A DNA stretch of 60,092 nucleotides, counting the filler, from Malassezia furfur (Eukaryota): assembly GCA_052055015.1 (NCBI GenBank). It is 6 parts of 6 records of this genome, joined end to end, with 100 filler letters (N's around TTAATTAATTAA, not from the genome) between each part and the next. Parts side by side here need not be neighbours in the genome. Positions count along the whole stretch, not along the records: positions 10,240 to 20,224 come from JBQJIT010000405.1; positions 20,325 to 30,269 come from JBQJIT010000406.1; 4 more parts are not named here. One strand, given 5' to 3'. The position numbers and the translations under genes were made by a program. Positions 10,539 to 22,082 of this stretch are shown here, piece after piece. Every line of letters begins with the position of its first letter. The stretch's first letter is position 1. The notes under the pieces are model-generated. The model ran no database searches. It saw only the letters and a list, made by a program, of their open reading frames with translations, and was not told the DNA's origin.

Positions 10539-11923
10539 ATCCCAAACAGCACGCTCTTGTAGTCCCGCAGAATCACGCCGACACTCTCCGTACCGCTGAG
10601 CCCGACCTCGCTGGCGATCGCGCTGATGTACTTGGGCGGCGTCACGTCGTACATGAGGCGCACCGCCTTGAGCCGCGACTGCGCACTGCATTCGGCGGGC
10701 GTGAGCAGCCGACTGTCCGTCTTGCTGTCCGAGTCCTCGTGGGAGAGCAGGTCGGAGCAATTCCCTGCCTCGTTCACCACGAAGCTGTCGAGCTGGATGC
10801 GGTCGCTGAACTTGTACGTCTCGCAGCAGATGATCACGGGGATATGGTAGCCGTGTGCCATCATCGCACACATCGCCGTGCCCGCCCGGGCGTACGGCGC
10901 ACCGTTGGACAGCAGCGACGCCGTGCCGAGTAGCACGAGCGAGCAGCGCGGGACAAGCGCACTAAGCGACGAGAGCAGGCCGTAGGTCGTCGGGATGCCC
11001 GCATCCAGCAGGCGCTCGACCAGTTTTCGCCCGTCAAACAGCGGGCGCGAGTCGATGACCACCACCTCGAATCGCGTTCCCTGGCGGTGCGCCTGGAGCA
11101 GGGTGCCTTCGATCACCGACGAATAGCCGTACGTCATCACCACGTCACCATGGTGGATCTTGCCGGCGGCGTGCGACTGGATGACCTTGGCCGCATAGAT
11201 GATCCGGTCGCGGATAAAGTGCTCGATACGTTCCAGCAGATGCGCCTTGGCCTCCTCCTCACGCAGGTTGGCGTCCACGACACTGATCTCGTATTTCAGG
11301 AAACGCACCGCGTGACCTGTGCTCGTGTTCATCGGCCGCGACTCAACGATCTGGCCGACCTGCTGCGAAACGCGCGTCAGCAGGTCGCGGTTCAGCACCG
11401 CACCGCGCGGCGTGCGGTAGTCGGCAATCACGGCGCCGAGTGCACGAAGCACCGCAATCGCCCGCTGGTTCGCGCCACGCACAGCAAACGTCGACAGCTC
11501 ATGGCACAGCTGCAGGACGGCGGGGTGGATCGTGGCCTTGGCGCTCGCCGTGCTCCAGTTGGATGCGTTCAAACGTGCGCTGCGAGGGAGTGTGACATTA
11601 CCAAAGAGCGACGCGTCGCCCAGAACGCCGACGTTCGACAGGTCCTCGTCGAGCGAGGGTGCAGCACTTGTAGTGCCCGCGCCCGACGACTTGGCGGGTG
11701 CTTCGGACTGGGACTTCTTCCCCTGCGACTTGGTGCGTGCCTCGGTCGGCTTGCCCGCGCCCGTCTGTGGGGGCGCGGCGGCGTCTTGCTGTGCGCGTGC
11801 GGCGGCACGGCGCTCGCGCTTGAGCTCCTTGGCCGCCTTTTTGTCCTTGGCGGCTTGGCCCTTTTGCGCGGCGCCGTCGTCCGGCTTGCCGTCGGGCCGC
11901 GGCGCTGGATTCGAATCGGCCAT
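10535..11923 (-). CDS. GCD2: Translation initiation factor eIF2B delta subunit
   Basis: [49 protein letters not shown] motifs. Confidence 0.92.
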   Translation of the reverse strand: MADSNPAPRPDGKPDDGAAQKGQAAKDKKAAKELKRERRAAARAQQDAAAPPQTGAGKPTEARTKSQGKKSQSEAPAKSSGAGTTSAAPSLDEDLSNVGVLGDASLFGNVTLPRSARLNASNWSTASAKATIHPAVLQLCHELSTFAVRGANQRAIAVLRALGAVIADYRTPRGAVLNRDLLTRVSQQVGQIVESRPMNTSTGHAVRFLKYEISVVDANLREEEAKAHLLERIEHFIRDRIIYAAKVIQSHAAGKIHHGDVVMTYGYSSVIEGTLLQAHRQGTRFEVVVIDSRPLFDGRKLVERLLDAGIPTTYGLLSSLSALVPRCSLVLLGTASLLSNGAPYARAGTAMCAMMAHGYHIPVIICCETYKFSDRIQLDSFVVNEAGNCSDLLSHEDSDSKTDSRLLTPAECSAQSRLKAVRLMYDVTPPKYISAIASEVGLSGTESVGVILRDYKSVLFGI

Positions 11924-12073
11924 TGTGGAGGGAGGGAAGACCAGGAAAGCGAGGTACCCAAGGAGGCGGCTCGCGACGTGGCCCACCCCGTCGGTCGACC
12001 GACAGCCAGTACACACTTCACAACGACGCACACCGCGCCATATACCCCAGCTACTCAACTACGTGCATCGCTC

Positions 12074-12265
12074 AAATGTCGCGCTCTGCTCACGCCCACG
12101 GCACCCGCAAAACCTATGCAGAACCCAGGCCTGTTACAGCACTGGCACATAGGCCCACGCCCGTGGCCACCGAGCTCGGCGCATCTGTATTACCAGATGT
12201 TACTCTCCGACCCTACCAGGAATCGATTCGGCGCTAGGGAAGCGTGCTTCCAGCCGGTCGAGCAG
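12074..12265 (-). ncRNA. Candidate box H/ACA snoRNA
   Basis: Minus strand: hairpin closed by UCGACC/GGUCGG, then H box AGAGUA (12206-12201), insert hairpin CAUCUG/CAGAUG, long 3' hairpin, then ACA (12079-12077) and UUU. Lies in an unusually long intergenic gap. Confidence 0.55.
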
Positions 12266-12345
12266 AATTGGGTCGTGAGGAAAAAGCGCCCGGCGGCGCG
12301 CCCGCACGCCGACCACACGTTCACGTGACACCTCCGCTGCGCGAC

Positions 12346-12706
12346 ATGGGAGACGCAGCCCCCGGCGCGGTCGGCGCGTCGGACGTGCCCAAGGCGGTGG
12401 TCAAAAATGTCGATATGGACGCGGACATGCAGCAGGAGATCGTCGAGATCGCTGCTGATGCTGTCGTGAAGTTTGCGCTCGAAAAGGACATGGCTGCCTT
12501 CGTCAAGCGCGCCGTCGACGAGCAGTTTGGGCCCACCTGGCACGTCATCGTCGGGCGGAGTTTCGGTAGCTACGTCACGCACGGTACGTCGTTTGCGACT
12601 CACGCAGAATCCAAGTACTTTATCTACTTTTGTGCGTATCCGGGATGCGCGCGCGCGGCTAACCACAGACCTGGGTCCCCTTGCGTTTCTCGTATGGCGT
12701 GCCTAA
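12346..12706 (+). CDS. DYN2: Dynein light chain LC8
   Basis: KNVDM..MQQ, EKDMAAFVK, GPTWHVIVGRSFGSYVTHE..FIYFYLG after removing introns 12584-12607 (24 nt) and 12632-12668 (37 nt). Confidence 0.93.
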
Positions 12707-14207
12707 ACGAGGGTATGTGCATCGATCCACTGTGCCAATTCGCGCCAGCCGCCGCCGACACGTACATGAATGTGGCGCGGATCGACCGAGTGGGCATGTT
12801 CGGGACGTTGCTGCGTAAGCACACACCACACCTCCCACGTACCGTACGTAGCAGTCGACATGCGACGGTTTTCGACAAGAGTGTGTATCGGTGGTATTCG
12901 TCGAGCGCGCTGCCCGTGTCGACGCGCTCGATGGGGATGTTGCGGGCGTTGCAGATACGCGCGACGCCGACGTCCAGCGCGTCGCGCGCGTCGGGCACGT
13001 ACGTCTTGGCCCCAGCGCGCACGGGCCGGGGCAGCTCGCTGGAGGAGAAGCGCGGCCGCAGCGTCTGCATCGACGCAGGCGAGCGCAGCGCGTGGTGCGA
13101 CGCACGCCGCATGCTGGGCGATGCATCGTCGTGTGGCCGCGGATGCGAAAGGCGCGGGAGCATCGACTCTCCCGGCCGCGCCTTGCCGGCGGACGTCGGC
13201 GTCGGCAGCGAGGTGGGCGGTGGTTTATAGTACATACCAGGGGTGACGGGTGAGTTGGGGCTGGTCGCCGCCTGGGGCGATGGCAGCGCGTCGCGGTCGG
13301 CGGACCGCACAGGCCGTGCGCCTGCCACGTCCGCGAGGCGTCCAAAGAAGCGCGGCTCGGTCTGCACGCCGAGCGGCGTCGGCGGCATGGGCGGACGCTG
13401 CAGCGGCGTGCGCGGCAGCTTGCTGGGCGTGTTGTGGGACGCACGGCGGCTCCCCCCCGAATCGCGCGCGCGGCGCTTCTCGCGGGGATAGCGCGGCGTG
13501 TGCAGCGACAGGGTCTGCATCGCTACGCTCACCTCGTCGGCTGCCGGCTCGAGCCGTGGCTGCAAGGCGTGCCAGCGCGCGTGCACGGCATCGATGTGCT
13601 GCGCGACATTGGGCCTCAGCGACATGTACGTGGCCGCGTTGGTGCGCAGCACCGCGAGCACGCGCAGGCACGCCGGGACGTAGTGGGCGCGCCGCGTCTC
13701 AAACACGTGTCGTGCAGTGTCGCGGTCCGACGTCGCGTCCGTGTACTGCTGGAGCGCGGCGTCGAGGGAGTCCATGAGCCGGTGGGCCTGTGAACACACG
13801 TCGTGCAGCACAATCAGCACGCGGTCGGTCTGGAGCTCGGCGAGCGTGGAGGAGACGCGCGCATGCAGCGCATCCCACTCGCTCTGCACGAGTGCGCAGG
13901 CCTTGTCGACGCCTGGCTCGGCGTGCGCGTGCGCTTGGCTGATGCGCCCCGAGGTGAGCCCCTGTGCGGCGATCAGGCGCCCGCTGGCCTCGTCGAGCGC
14001 CAGGAGCAGCGAGCTGGTGCTCGTTTTCGCGCGGTGCTCGGCGCTCGGTGCGCGCTCCCACATTACGGCGTGTTCCTGCCGCATCTCCTCGACGACGAAC
14101 AGGGCATCGCGCACCGCATCGAGCGCGTCGCTTGCGCCCAGCACGGCCTCCCAGCCGGCCTGGGTCTGGTCCATGCTGGGCGCCTCGCGAGCGGCCAGTG
14201 CGGCCAT
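12703..14207 (-). CDS. GAS2/GAR-domain protein with helical N-terminus (microtubule-binding type)
   Basis: Removing intron 12811-12842 (32 nt) restores the GAR signature ..DALDVGVARI..CRLLRT..HVRVGGGWRELAQWI..*. Confidence 0.78.
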
Positions 14208-14257
14208 CGTCACAACAAACCCTTCTCCACACGCGCCTCCACTGCAGGGCCTGCGGA

Positions 14258-17017
14258 CTACGACAGCTGGGACCAATCGACGGCAGGCGCGCGCCATGCG
14301 CGGTGCGTGGTGTGCCCGAGGCTCGTGAGGTGCCGCATCGTCGGGCGGCCGTGGGGACAGTTCCACGGCTGCTCAATCTCGCCCATGTGCTGCACCACCT
14401 CGCGCATCTGCCGCGCATTCAGCGCCGAGCCGACCATAATGCTCTTGCGGCACGCCCGGCTCGCGAGCATGTCGCGGATCTTGGAGCACCGGATACGCGT
14501 ATGGCTCGGCGCCTCTCGTAGCGCATACAGAAGTTCCTCGAGATCGTGCACATCAAACACCGTGTCCTTGGACATGGGCTTCGACCAGAGCCGCACACGC
14601 CGCCCGGGCGCCTGCGCCTCGTCGACGTCGATCTCAAAACCGTTTTGCTTGAGCCAGTCGGCGTGCTCCGCGGCGACCAGCTCGTCGCTCGGCGCGAGCT
14701 CCAGCACCTGCGGGCGGATCAGCCGCTGGCTGTGGATACGCGTGTCGCGCTGCAGCCGCTCGAAGTTGTATTTTTCGTCCGCCGCGTGCTGGTCGATGAT
14801 GAACAGGTCGTCCATCGTCGGCGTGCCACGCGCGCCTCCCACCTGCCGCCGTGCGATGATGAACCCAAGGTTGAACTGGCCGACGATGCGCATCTGGGCA
14901 AAGTCGGTTTTGCGAATGACGCGCTCCAACGCATGCGACGCGCGTGTCGTGTCTTGCTCTTGCACACCGGCCGAGTCGAGGGCATCGGAGGCGACGGGCG
15001 GGGCGTGCGCAGGGGGGCGCGACGATGCAAGACGCACGCCGAGTGCGCCGACGTCCACCCTGAGGGTATAGGTGGGGGAAGGTGGAGGCTGCTCCGGTGC
15101 CGAGGCGTCTGACGCGGGGGCCGCCTCGGCTGCGGACGCTTCTGCTGGAGGCGGCGGCGATGAAGGGGCCTGGGGACTTTCGCTGCGCGTTTCTGGCATT
15201 TCGGTGTGCATCACTTGGGACGCCAGCTCGTCCTCCTCGTCCTCGCTCTCTGCATACACCACGTCGTGCACCGGCACCTGGGTCCGTGGGGCCGTGCGCC
15301 GCGGCATGGGTGAGGCCGTCTCTGCATCGCTCTCTGCGCTGCTCGATTCGCTGGCCTCTTCAAGCATGTCGTCATGCTCGTCGTCATGCTCGTTGTCATG
15401 CTCGTTGTCATGCTCGTCGTCATGCTCGTCCTCGTGCTCGTCGTGCTCCTCGTCGTCCCCGGCCACGGGCGCATCTGCCTGTACCCGTGCAAACTTTTCC
15501 ACGGCACGGCGGAACTGGGCGCGGATTTCAGACGCAGGGGCCTTGGCGGGCGACGGCGCCTCGCGGCGTGGCTCGCGGTGCGGCGACCAGGACGCCTGGC
15601 GCGTCGAGACGCTCAGGGTGGTGCGTGGGGCCTTGGAGGCGGACGACGTCGGTGAGCTCGGCCGCTTAGATGGCGTCTGGAGGGGCTGACGCGGCGTGGG
15701 CCGCGGTGGGGACCTCGGCACGTCTGCTTGGGCAGTCAAGAAGGGAGGCGCCGGGGCGGGCGAGGCGGGCTCGTCCGACGGTGGTTCGTGGGCCGCTACC
15801 ATTGGTTCCACTGGCACGGATGACGCCTCGTCGTCCACCGCCGGTGCTGTACGCCTGTCGCTGGGCTGGTCGCGTGGCGTCGGCGTCGGGGGGTCGCTCG
15901 GTGCGTTTGCTCCTGGCCCGTGTACTTGAAGCACGCCGCGTGTCGGCGCAAAAAAGGCATCGAGCGCGTCCTGCGTTAGTCGACGACGTACGCGAATGGT
16001 CTCCAGCAGCGCCGCTTCGTGGTGCACTAGGATCGTGCGCTTGTCCGGGCTGACGTTCACGTCGTACTGGTCGGTGGCCACCTCGAGGTTGGCGACGACG
16101 CACGGGTACTGCGCGACGTTGTAGTTCTTGTACACCTGGTTAAACACCTGCGCCAACTTGCGAGCGTCCCACGGCCGGCGGTTCACGTAGAAGTATTGCC
16201 GGTCGCCGCTGCTGCGCCCCGCGCCGATGGTAGGCTTCGACACAAGCCCCGCGACGCGCAGCGGTACGCCCTCGATCTCGATGTCGAGTGCGAGCGGGAG
16301 GAGCGACTCGGTCGCACGCGTGCCAAACAGCGCCGCCATGTTGGCCTGCAGGTAGCGCTCGCCGTCGGCGGCGCGCAGGGTGAGCTGCGTGGTGCGTTTG
16401 CTGGGTCAGGGGCCGACGTACCCGTTGGCGAGGATCACGCTCGATGCCCAGCGCACGCCCGGTGTGATCAGGGCGTACGCCTGGAGCATGGCGTGCGCCT
16501 TGTTGTACTCGCGCTTGATGTTGCGCTCGAGCTCCTTGCGGCGCACCGGAAACTGCTGGAGCAGCTCGGTGACGGTGACGGTGGTGCCGCGCTGGCGTGC
16601 GACGCGCTTGTCGCTCGACGTGAGCACGCCGTGTGTGTCGAACTCGAGCACGGTACCCATCGGTACCTCGCGCTGCGTCGCCGTCAGCACCGAGACGTGC
16701 GCGACGCCGCACAGCGACGCAAGCGCCTCGCCGCGGAAGCCGAGCGTGGTGACGCTCTGTAGGTCATCGAACGACGTGAGCTTCGACGTGTGGTGCTTGA
16801 GCGCGAGCGTCGCGTAGTCTGCGGGCGCGACGCCCGTGCCGTCGTCGAGCACCTCGATGCCGGCGAGGCCGTACTCGCGGAAGCGCACCTCGATGCTGCG
16901 TGCGCCAGCATCGAGCGCATTCTCTACGAGCTCCTTCACGGCGGCGCGCAGGTCGGGGACCACCTGCGCGCTCGTGATGCGCTGCACGTCCGTGCGCGCA
17001 AGCGGCGCAATGCTCAT
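14258..17017 (-). CDS. PMS1: MutL-alpha mismatch repair endonuclease Pms1/PMS2
   Basis: KELVENALDAGA, TLGFRGEAL, DVNVSPDKR, GQFNLGFI, DQHAADEKYNFE, ASRACRKS, WNCPHGRP. Introns 16401-16421 (21 nt, in-frame TGA) and 15971-15991 (21 nt). Confidence 0.95.
15368..15448 (-). repeat. 12-bp tandem repeat encoding (EHDD/EHDN)n in the Pms1 linker
   Basis: About 6-7 copies of gt(c/t)gtcatgctc on the + strand. Confidence 0.85.
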
Positions 17018-17065
17018 GGCGCGGCGCGGCGCGTCGTCGAGGCGGCTGACTCAGCCGCCTCCGTG

Positions 17066-18875
17066 ATGGATTCGGCGGCGCAAGGCGCCGCGGCAGCGCA
17101 GGTGCCGCAGGAGGTGTGGGAGCGCATCCTGCTCCGCCTCGATGCGCACGACATCGTGCGCGTGCGACGTGTACGTGGTTTGCTCATGCCAGGCGTCGCG
17201 CACGCTCTACCACGCAGGCACTTCGCTCTCCCTCTGGCGCCGTCTGTGCGCACGGCTCGCGGAGCGTGCGCCGCTGCCGGCCATGCCGCGCGGCACGCCC
17301 ACGAGCAGTACCGCACGCACCGAACAGGATACCCATGCGCTTGTGCGCGGCCTCGAACACGTTGTGCTGTTTGCCGAGCGCCTCGCGCGCCGCTGGGGGA
17401 CACGCGGGGCGCAGCCCCGTCGCGTGCTGCGCATCCGTGCGCATGTGAACCGCATCACCTCGCTCAAGCTCGTGGTCGGCGAGACACGCGCGGTGGGCCC
17501 GTCTGCGCCGCCGCGCACCGAGTACTGGCTCATGACCGGCTCTGTGGATGGCTACGTGCGCGTGTGGGACGTGAACAAGGCGATGGCCGACGCCGAGCTG
17601 GACGTCACGCACGACTTTCTCGACGAGCACGACGACGTGCACAATGCGCTCTCGACGGACGACGAGGACGACGACGCATCGAGCCGGCGCCGCGTGTCTA
17701 CCGACGGCTCCGTGTCCGACGACCCCGCGAACGAGATTCGCCGGCATGCGCGGGCGTGCCTCGTCGCCGAGGTCGACACGGGCGGCGACGTGACCTCGCT
17801 GGATGCGCAGCTGCACCCCACGGCGCGCACGCTGCGCATCGCCGTCGGGTCGTACAACAGCGCCGCGGCGTGCCTGCTGTACGACCTGCGGCTGCGCACG
17901 CGGCCCTACGTGCTGGATCTGTGCGCGTCGCTCGACCCGCCGCAGTGGTCGGGCACGCAGTGTGTGTCGCTGTTGGACGACACGGTTGGTACGTTGCGCA
18001 CTGCTCACTCAGCCATCGGCACCTACCTCGGGAGCATCCAGATCCTCGACGCGCGCAGCGGCCTCCGCACGATCCTCGAGCGCGCCGAGCGGGGGAGCAT
18101 TGCGGCGATCAAGCTCTTCCCCGCCCACGTCCTCTCCGTCACACGCACGGGGCAGCTCGAGGTGTATGCGCTGCCGCCGGCCGGCACGACCGCGCATCTG
18201 ATACCGATGGCGTCGTTGGCACTGGCGCAGCGCGCGCTGCTCAGCGTCGCGATCAGCGAGCCGGATCCGCGCGTCGCGGGCATCATGCCGCCGCACGAGG
18301 GCACGGGCGACGATGGTGCGTACCGCGCCCCCCTCTCGATCATCGCCGTGGACCAGGGCGGGCTGTCGCACTTTGTTATGGCGCCCGTTGCGGCACCCTT
18401 CCCGTACGCGCTGCCGACGCTGGCCGCGCGCATCACCATGCCGCAGGAGCGGCTGATCGGGGCATCGGTCGGCGCGTCCGGGCGGCGCGCGGTGCTCCTG
18501 TCGAGCCTGGGCGGCGTGCTACCGAAGTGTGCGGTGCGTAGCTACTGTGTGTCGCGCGCGGACGACGAGCGGCTCGTGCCGCTGCGCCCGACGCCCGATA
18601 CGGATCTGCCGGCGGCGCAGGGCGAGGCGCCCGAGTGGCCGCTGCGCTCGCCGACGCTCGCGGCGCGCCCCGTGCGCCTCGAGGAGCCGCGGCGGCCGCG
18701 GATCGGCCGCGTGGACAGCTTCTCGTCGTCGACGAGCACGAGTTCGGCGGCGCCGAGTCCGTCGAGCCGCTTTGATATGCTCACGGAGGCCGTCGTGGAC
18801 GAGGCGCACGGTGTGCTGTGTCTCGCGAGCGTGCGCGGGGCGGTGTGGATCAGCGATTATGGCACAAGCGTATAG
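17066..18875 (+). CDS. F-box-like / WD40 repeat protein
   Basis: N-terminal VPQEVWERILLRLDAHDIVRVRR|ASRTL..LWRRLC (F-box-like), AHVNRITSL and TGSVDGYVRVWD (WD40). Introns 17171-17192 (22 nt) and 17989-18012 (24 nt). Confidence 0.68.
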
Positions 18876-18928
18876 ATAGCAGCGAAACGCATACCCTATG
18901 GAGCAAGGTCGGCGCGGACGATGCGCGC

Positions 18929-19358
18929 CTACGCCTTGGACACCTTGGCAAGGTTGCGGTGGGGCTGCGGGTCGACCGATGCGACGCGGTCCAGCAGCTT
19001 GGCGACCAGCTTGTCCGTCTTGGAGTCGAACGCGCGCTTGATGTCGTCGAGCTGCTGCTGGGTGTTCTTGTCGAGGGTGCCCTGCTCCTTGGTCTGCGAG
19101 CCCTCAAACTTCTTCTGGAACTCGGCGATCGCCGCGTCGTTCTTCTGCTTGAGCGCGGCAATGTCCTTTTCCGCCTCGCTCTGGGCGTCCTTGAGCTTCT
19201 GCGTGCGGTCTGGGTCAGTGCGCGCGGCAGACGTACAGGCACGCGCCTTCTCAACGATCTTGGACGCCTCCTTCTCCGCCTCCAGAAGCGTCTGGATTCC
19301 CTGCGACTTCTGAGCGACCTGTGCGGTCAGCGTGCGCCGTGCGCCGCCCACGTACCAT
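18929..19358 (-). CDS. VMA10: V-ATPase V1 subunit G
   Basis: M|VAQKSQGIQTLLEAEKEASKIVEKARAY|RTQKLKDA. Introns 19319-19355 (37 nt, after an ATG-only exon) and 19210-19236 (27 nt). Confidence 0.93.
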
Positions 19359-19439
19359 GCTTGTCCAGAGCAACCCCGGCGGGGGGCCGCGGCCCGGCGC
19401 TTAGTCAGCCATCGTCGCACGCTTTCTGCTCTCGGCGCC

Positions 19440-20224
19440 ATGGACCCGATCCCCGCGTTGTGTACGGCGCTCGCGCAGGCGACGGGCGGCGTGTACCATG
19501 TTGACCTAAAGGCGCCGGACGGCGTGCCGAAGCTCGCGGAAGTAGTGGACCTTGTCTTTAGCAAGCGGATCGTGTCCGCCGAGGTGCGCGACGGACGTAC
19601 GTACATCCACCGAGGGCCCACGGAGAGCTGACCGCCAGTTGCGGTGCATGCGCCCGCCGCGCTCATGCTGCTGCTTTCGGAGCCGAGTGGGCGGTACGCC
19701 AAGCTTGCGTGCGAGTGCTTTGCGAGCGTGTACCCCCGCGTGTTTCTTGCCGTGTAGGTGGCCGACCGCGCGACTGACCGCCAGGGTGCAGGACAAAAAC
19801 CAGCCGCTGTGGCAGCTCACCACCGCGCTCAAGCAGCGCGTCGAGGAGCTGCTCGAGACGGGCAAGCAGGGCGCGCGCATCGGCGCCGCCAAGGCCGCGC
19901 AGCGCATCATTCTCGTGCAGACGCGCGCGACCAGCGACCCGAGGGTAGGTGGGCACCGGCGCTTTTGGGTACTAACGTTCCAGCTACAGAACCGCGAGAT
20001 CAACGTCGCGAGTGTGCCCGCGACGCACCCCTTTTTGCGCGCCGCTGAGCTCGAGGCAGAGGCGAACCAGCTCTTCACGAAGCTCATCACGCTGCTCTTC
20101 ACCGCGAGTGTCTCCAACGTGGTGATGGCGGTGGTGAGTGTGCTGACGCGCCTCGCGCGCGCGCGCCCCGCGCTCGGCAAGGTGGTGATCGAGGCGTATG
20201 CGAGCTGGACGCCCGCGGCGCTCA
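19440..20224 (+). CDS. PTA1: Symplekin/Pta1 N-terminal domain (3'-truncated by gap)
   Basis: GARIGAAKAAQRIILVQT, VPATHPFL..LEAEA, LARARP motifs. Introns 19597-19638, 19754-19784, 19945-19983. Confidence 0.8.
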
Positions 20225-20324
20225 NNNNNNNNNNNNNNNNNNNNNNNNNNNNNNNNNNNNNNNNNNNNTTAATTAATTAANNNNNNNNNNNNNNNNNNNN
20301 NNNNNNNNNNNNNNNNNNNNNNNN
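20225..20324. other. Artificial contig spacer
   Basis: N run + TTAATTAATTAA. Confidence 0.98.
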
Positions 20325-20581
20325 TGACGCTGCGTGCGTTTGACCACCTGACGCTCAACCTGAGCTCGCGCACGGTGCTTGCCGACCTGCTGTCGCCGTT
20401 CGGCGACCGCTTCCCCGAGGTGCAGCGCGCTCACCTCGACTTTATCACGCTGCACTGGGAGGAGGTCAAGACGCGCCCCGACTTTGCGCCCACGATCGAA
20501 AATCTGGTCCACGGACAGTACCCCAACTCGAGCAAGAGCCTGTTCCAGCTCTTCTCGAAGCTCAGTATCCGCAGTTTCTAA
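20325..20581 (+). CDS. 3' fragment of a probable BTB/POZ-associated helical domain protein
   Basis: Open frame TLRAFDHLTLNLSSRTVLADLLSPFGDRFPEV..HWEEVK..F to TAA 20581, resembling post-BTB helical tails of fungal BTB proteins. Confidence 0.5.
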
Positions 20582-20620
20582 TGCGCGTCGTAGTATATCG
20601 CCTCTCTATTTCTTCGCACA

Positions 20621-21307
20621 TCACAGCATCGCGCGCTTGGCACCCGTCCAGGCAGCCGCAGCGCCCGTCATGATCGCGCTCGAGACGACCATGGCACGTG
20701 CGCCCGACGTGCACCGGAAGAGCGCGCCACTCAGCGCACCCGACGCCATGCTGCCCCAGATGTCGTGCTTGCCGCGGAACGCATCGATCGACGCATCAAA
20801 CAGATTGTATGTCATGGCAATCACGCCGGCGCTGTTGCCAATAAAGGTGCTCCGCCGCGTGACGTGGTTCAGCACCGCGTTCATGCGCAGACGGAACGTG
20901 GGGTTTTCAATGCCCAGCGGGCGCGACAGGCCCTCGCGCAGGCCCATGAGGCTGCCGAGCGTCAGGCCGCCCAGGTAGGTGGTGCCGGTGCCGTAGCACA
21001 GGTCGTCGCTCCAGCCGCGACTCGGCAGCGCCGTCCGCGCGCCCTCGAGCGTGTTCGGCTTGTCCTCGTCAATGTCGAGGTATTCCAGGTCATCGTCACG
21101 GATGTTGGCGAGCGGGTGCAGCTTCGCCGGGTCGAGCGCCGTGTGGTGCAGCAGACTCGCCGCGGTCGGCGCCTCCATCGCCGGCGCGTTGTCCGGCATC
21201 TTTTCAAAGTTGTGGCTCCGCAGGTACTCGGTAGCCTCTGCATCGTGCGCGGGTTGCGCGGCAGGCGCCGCGGGCGCACTCTCCTGCTTCGACGAAAACG
21301 GCCACAT
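20621..21307 (-). CDS. TIM23: Mitochondrial inner membrane translocase Tim23
   Basis: LHPLA..LEYL, LPSRGWSDDLCYGTG, LRMNAVLN..RRSTFIGNSAG. Confidence 0.95.
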   Translation of the reverse strand: MWPFSSKQESAPAAPAAQPAHDAEATEYLRSHNFEKMPDNAPAMEAPTAASLLHHTALDPAKLHPLANIRDDDLEYLDIDEDKPNTLEGARTALPSRGWSDDLCYGTGTTYLGGLTLGSLMGLREGLSRPLGIENPTFRLRMNAVLNHVTRRSTFIGNSAGVIAMTYNLFDASIDAFRGKHDIWGSMASGALSGALFRCTSGARAMVVSSAIMTGAAAAWTGAKRAML

Positions 21308-21395
21308 CGCACCACGACAGAGAAGAAGGCGCCGCGAAGAAGCCGCGTCGCCACTCCAAAGTCACGTGCCCTGCCCTCTCGTCTTCCAGTGCGCC

Positions 21396-22072
21396 ATGTT
21401 CGGTGCGGTACGGACGGCCTCACTGCGCGTCGCGACGCCGCTGCAGACGGCTCTGCTGCCCTCGCCGGCACTCGCACGCACATGGGACACGCTGCCAGCG
21501 TTCCCGTTCGGCGGCGCGATCCAGACGCGTAACTCGGCCAAGCGCGGCGGTGGTACGACCAAGAACAACCGCAACAGCGCCGGTCGTCGCTTGGGTGTCA
21601 AGCGCTCGGGATGTGCGTAGCACTCACTGACACAGCCATGTTCGTGTATCCGGGCGAGATCATCGTGCGCCAGCGCGGCACCGCGTGGCACGCCGGCGAA
21701 AACGTCAAGATGGGCCGCGATCATACCCTGTATGCCACCGAGCCGGGCGTCGTGTGGTTCTACAAGCAGCCCACGACGCCGCCCGTGCCCAAGGTGCAGA
21801 CGCCTGCACTCGGAGACTTGCCGCTGCGCCTCCCGCAGCGCACGCTCGTCACGCAGCGCACCCCCGAGATCGTTCGCCCGCATCCCTCGTCGCGGCACAA
21901 GCAGCGGCGGTACGTCGGCGTGGCGTTGGACCGCGCCGCGTCGCTGCCTGCGCCCGTCGGTGCGCCACGTCGGCGTCGCTTCGAAAAGACCGACCTGAAT
22001 GCGTTCGAGCGCGAAAAGGAGCTGCAGCGCCAAGGGATCGACCCGGTCGTGCTCGACCCGTCGCTGTCGTAG
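21396..22072 (+). CDS. MRP7: Mitochondrial ribosomal protein bL27m
   Basis: [50 protein letters not shown]. Intron 21613-21635 (23 nt). Confidence 0.92.
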
Positions 22073-22082
22073 ACAATCTATG

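Noticed and set aside
12180..12202. CATCTGGTAATACAG (minus strand) resembling part of a TPP riboswitch
   Set aside because: The CUGAGA motif and P1-P3 architecture are absent and neighbours are not thiamine genes; better explained as an insert hairpin of the H/ACA candidate.
4896..19358. Two V-ATPase subunit genes (VPH1, VMA10) near each other
   Set aside because: Separated by an artificial spacer; not linked on this evidence.
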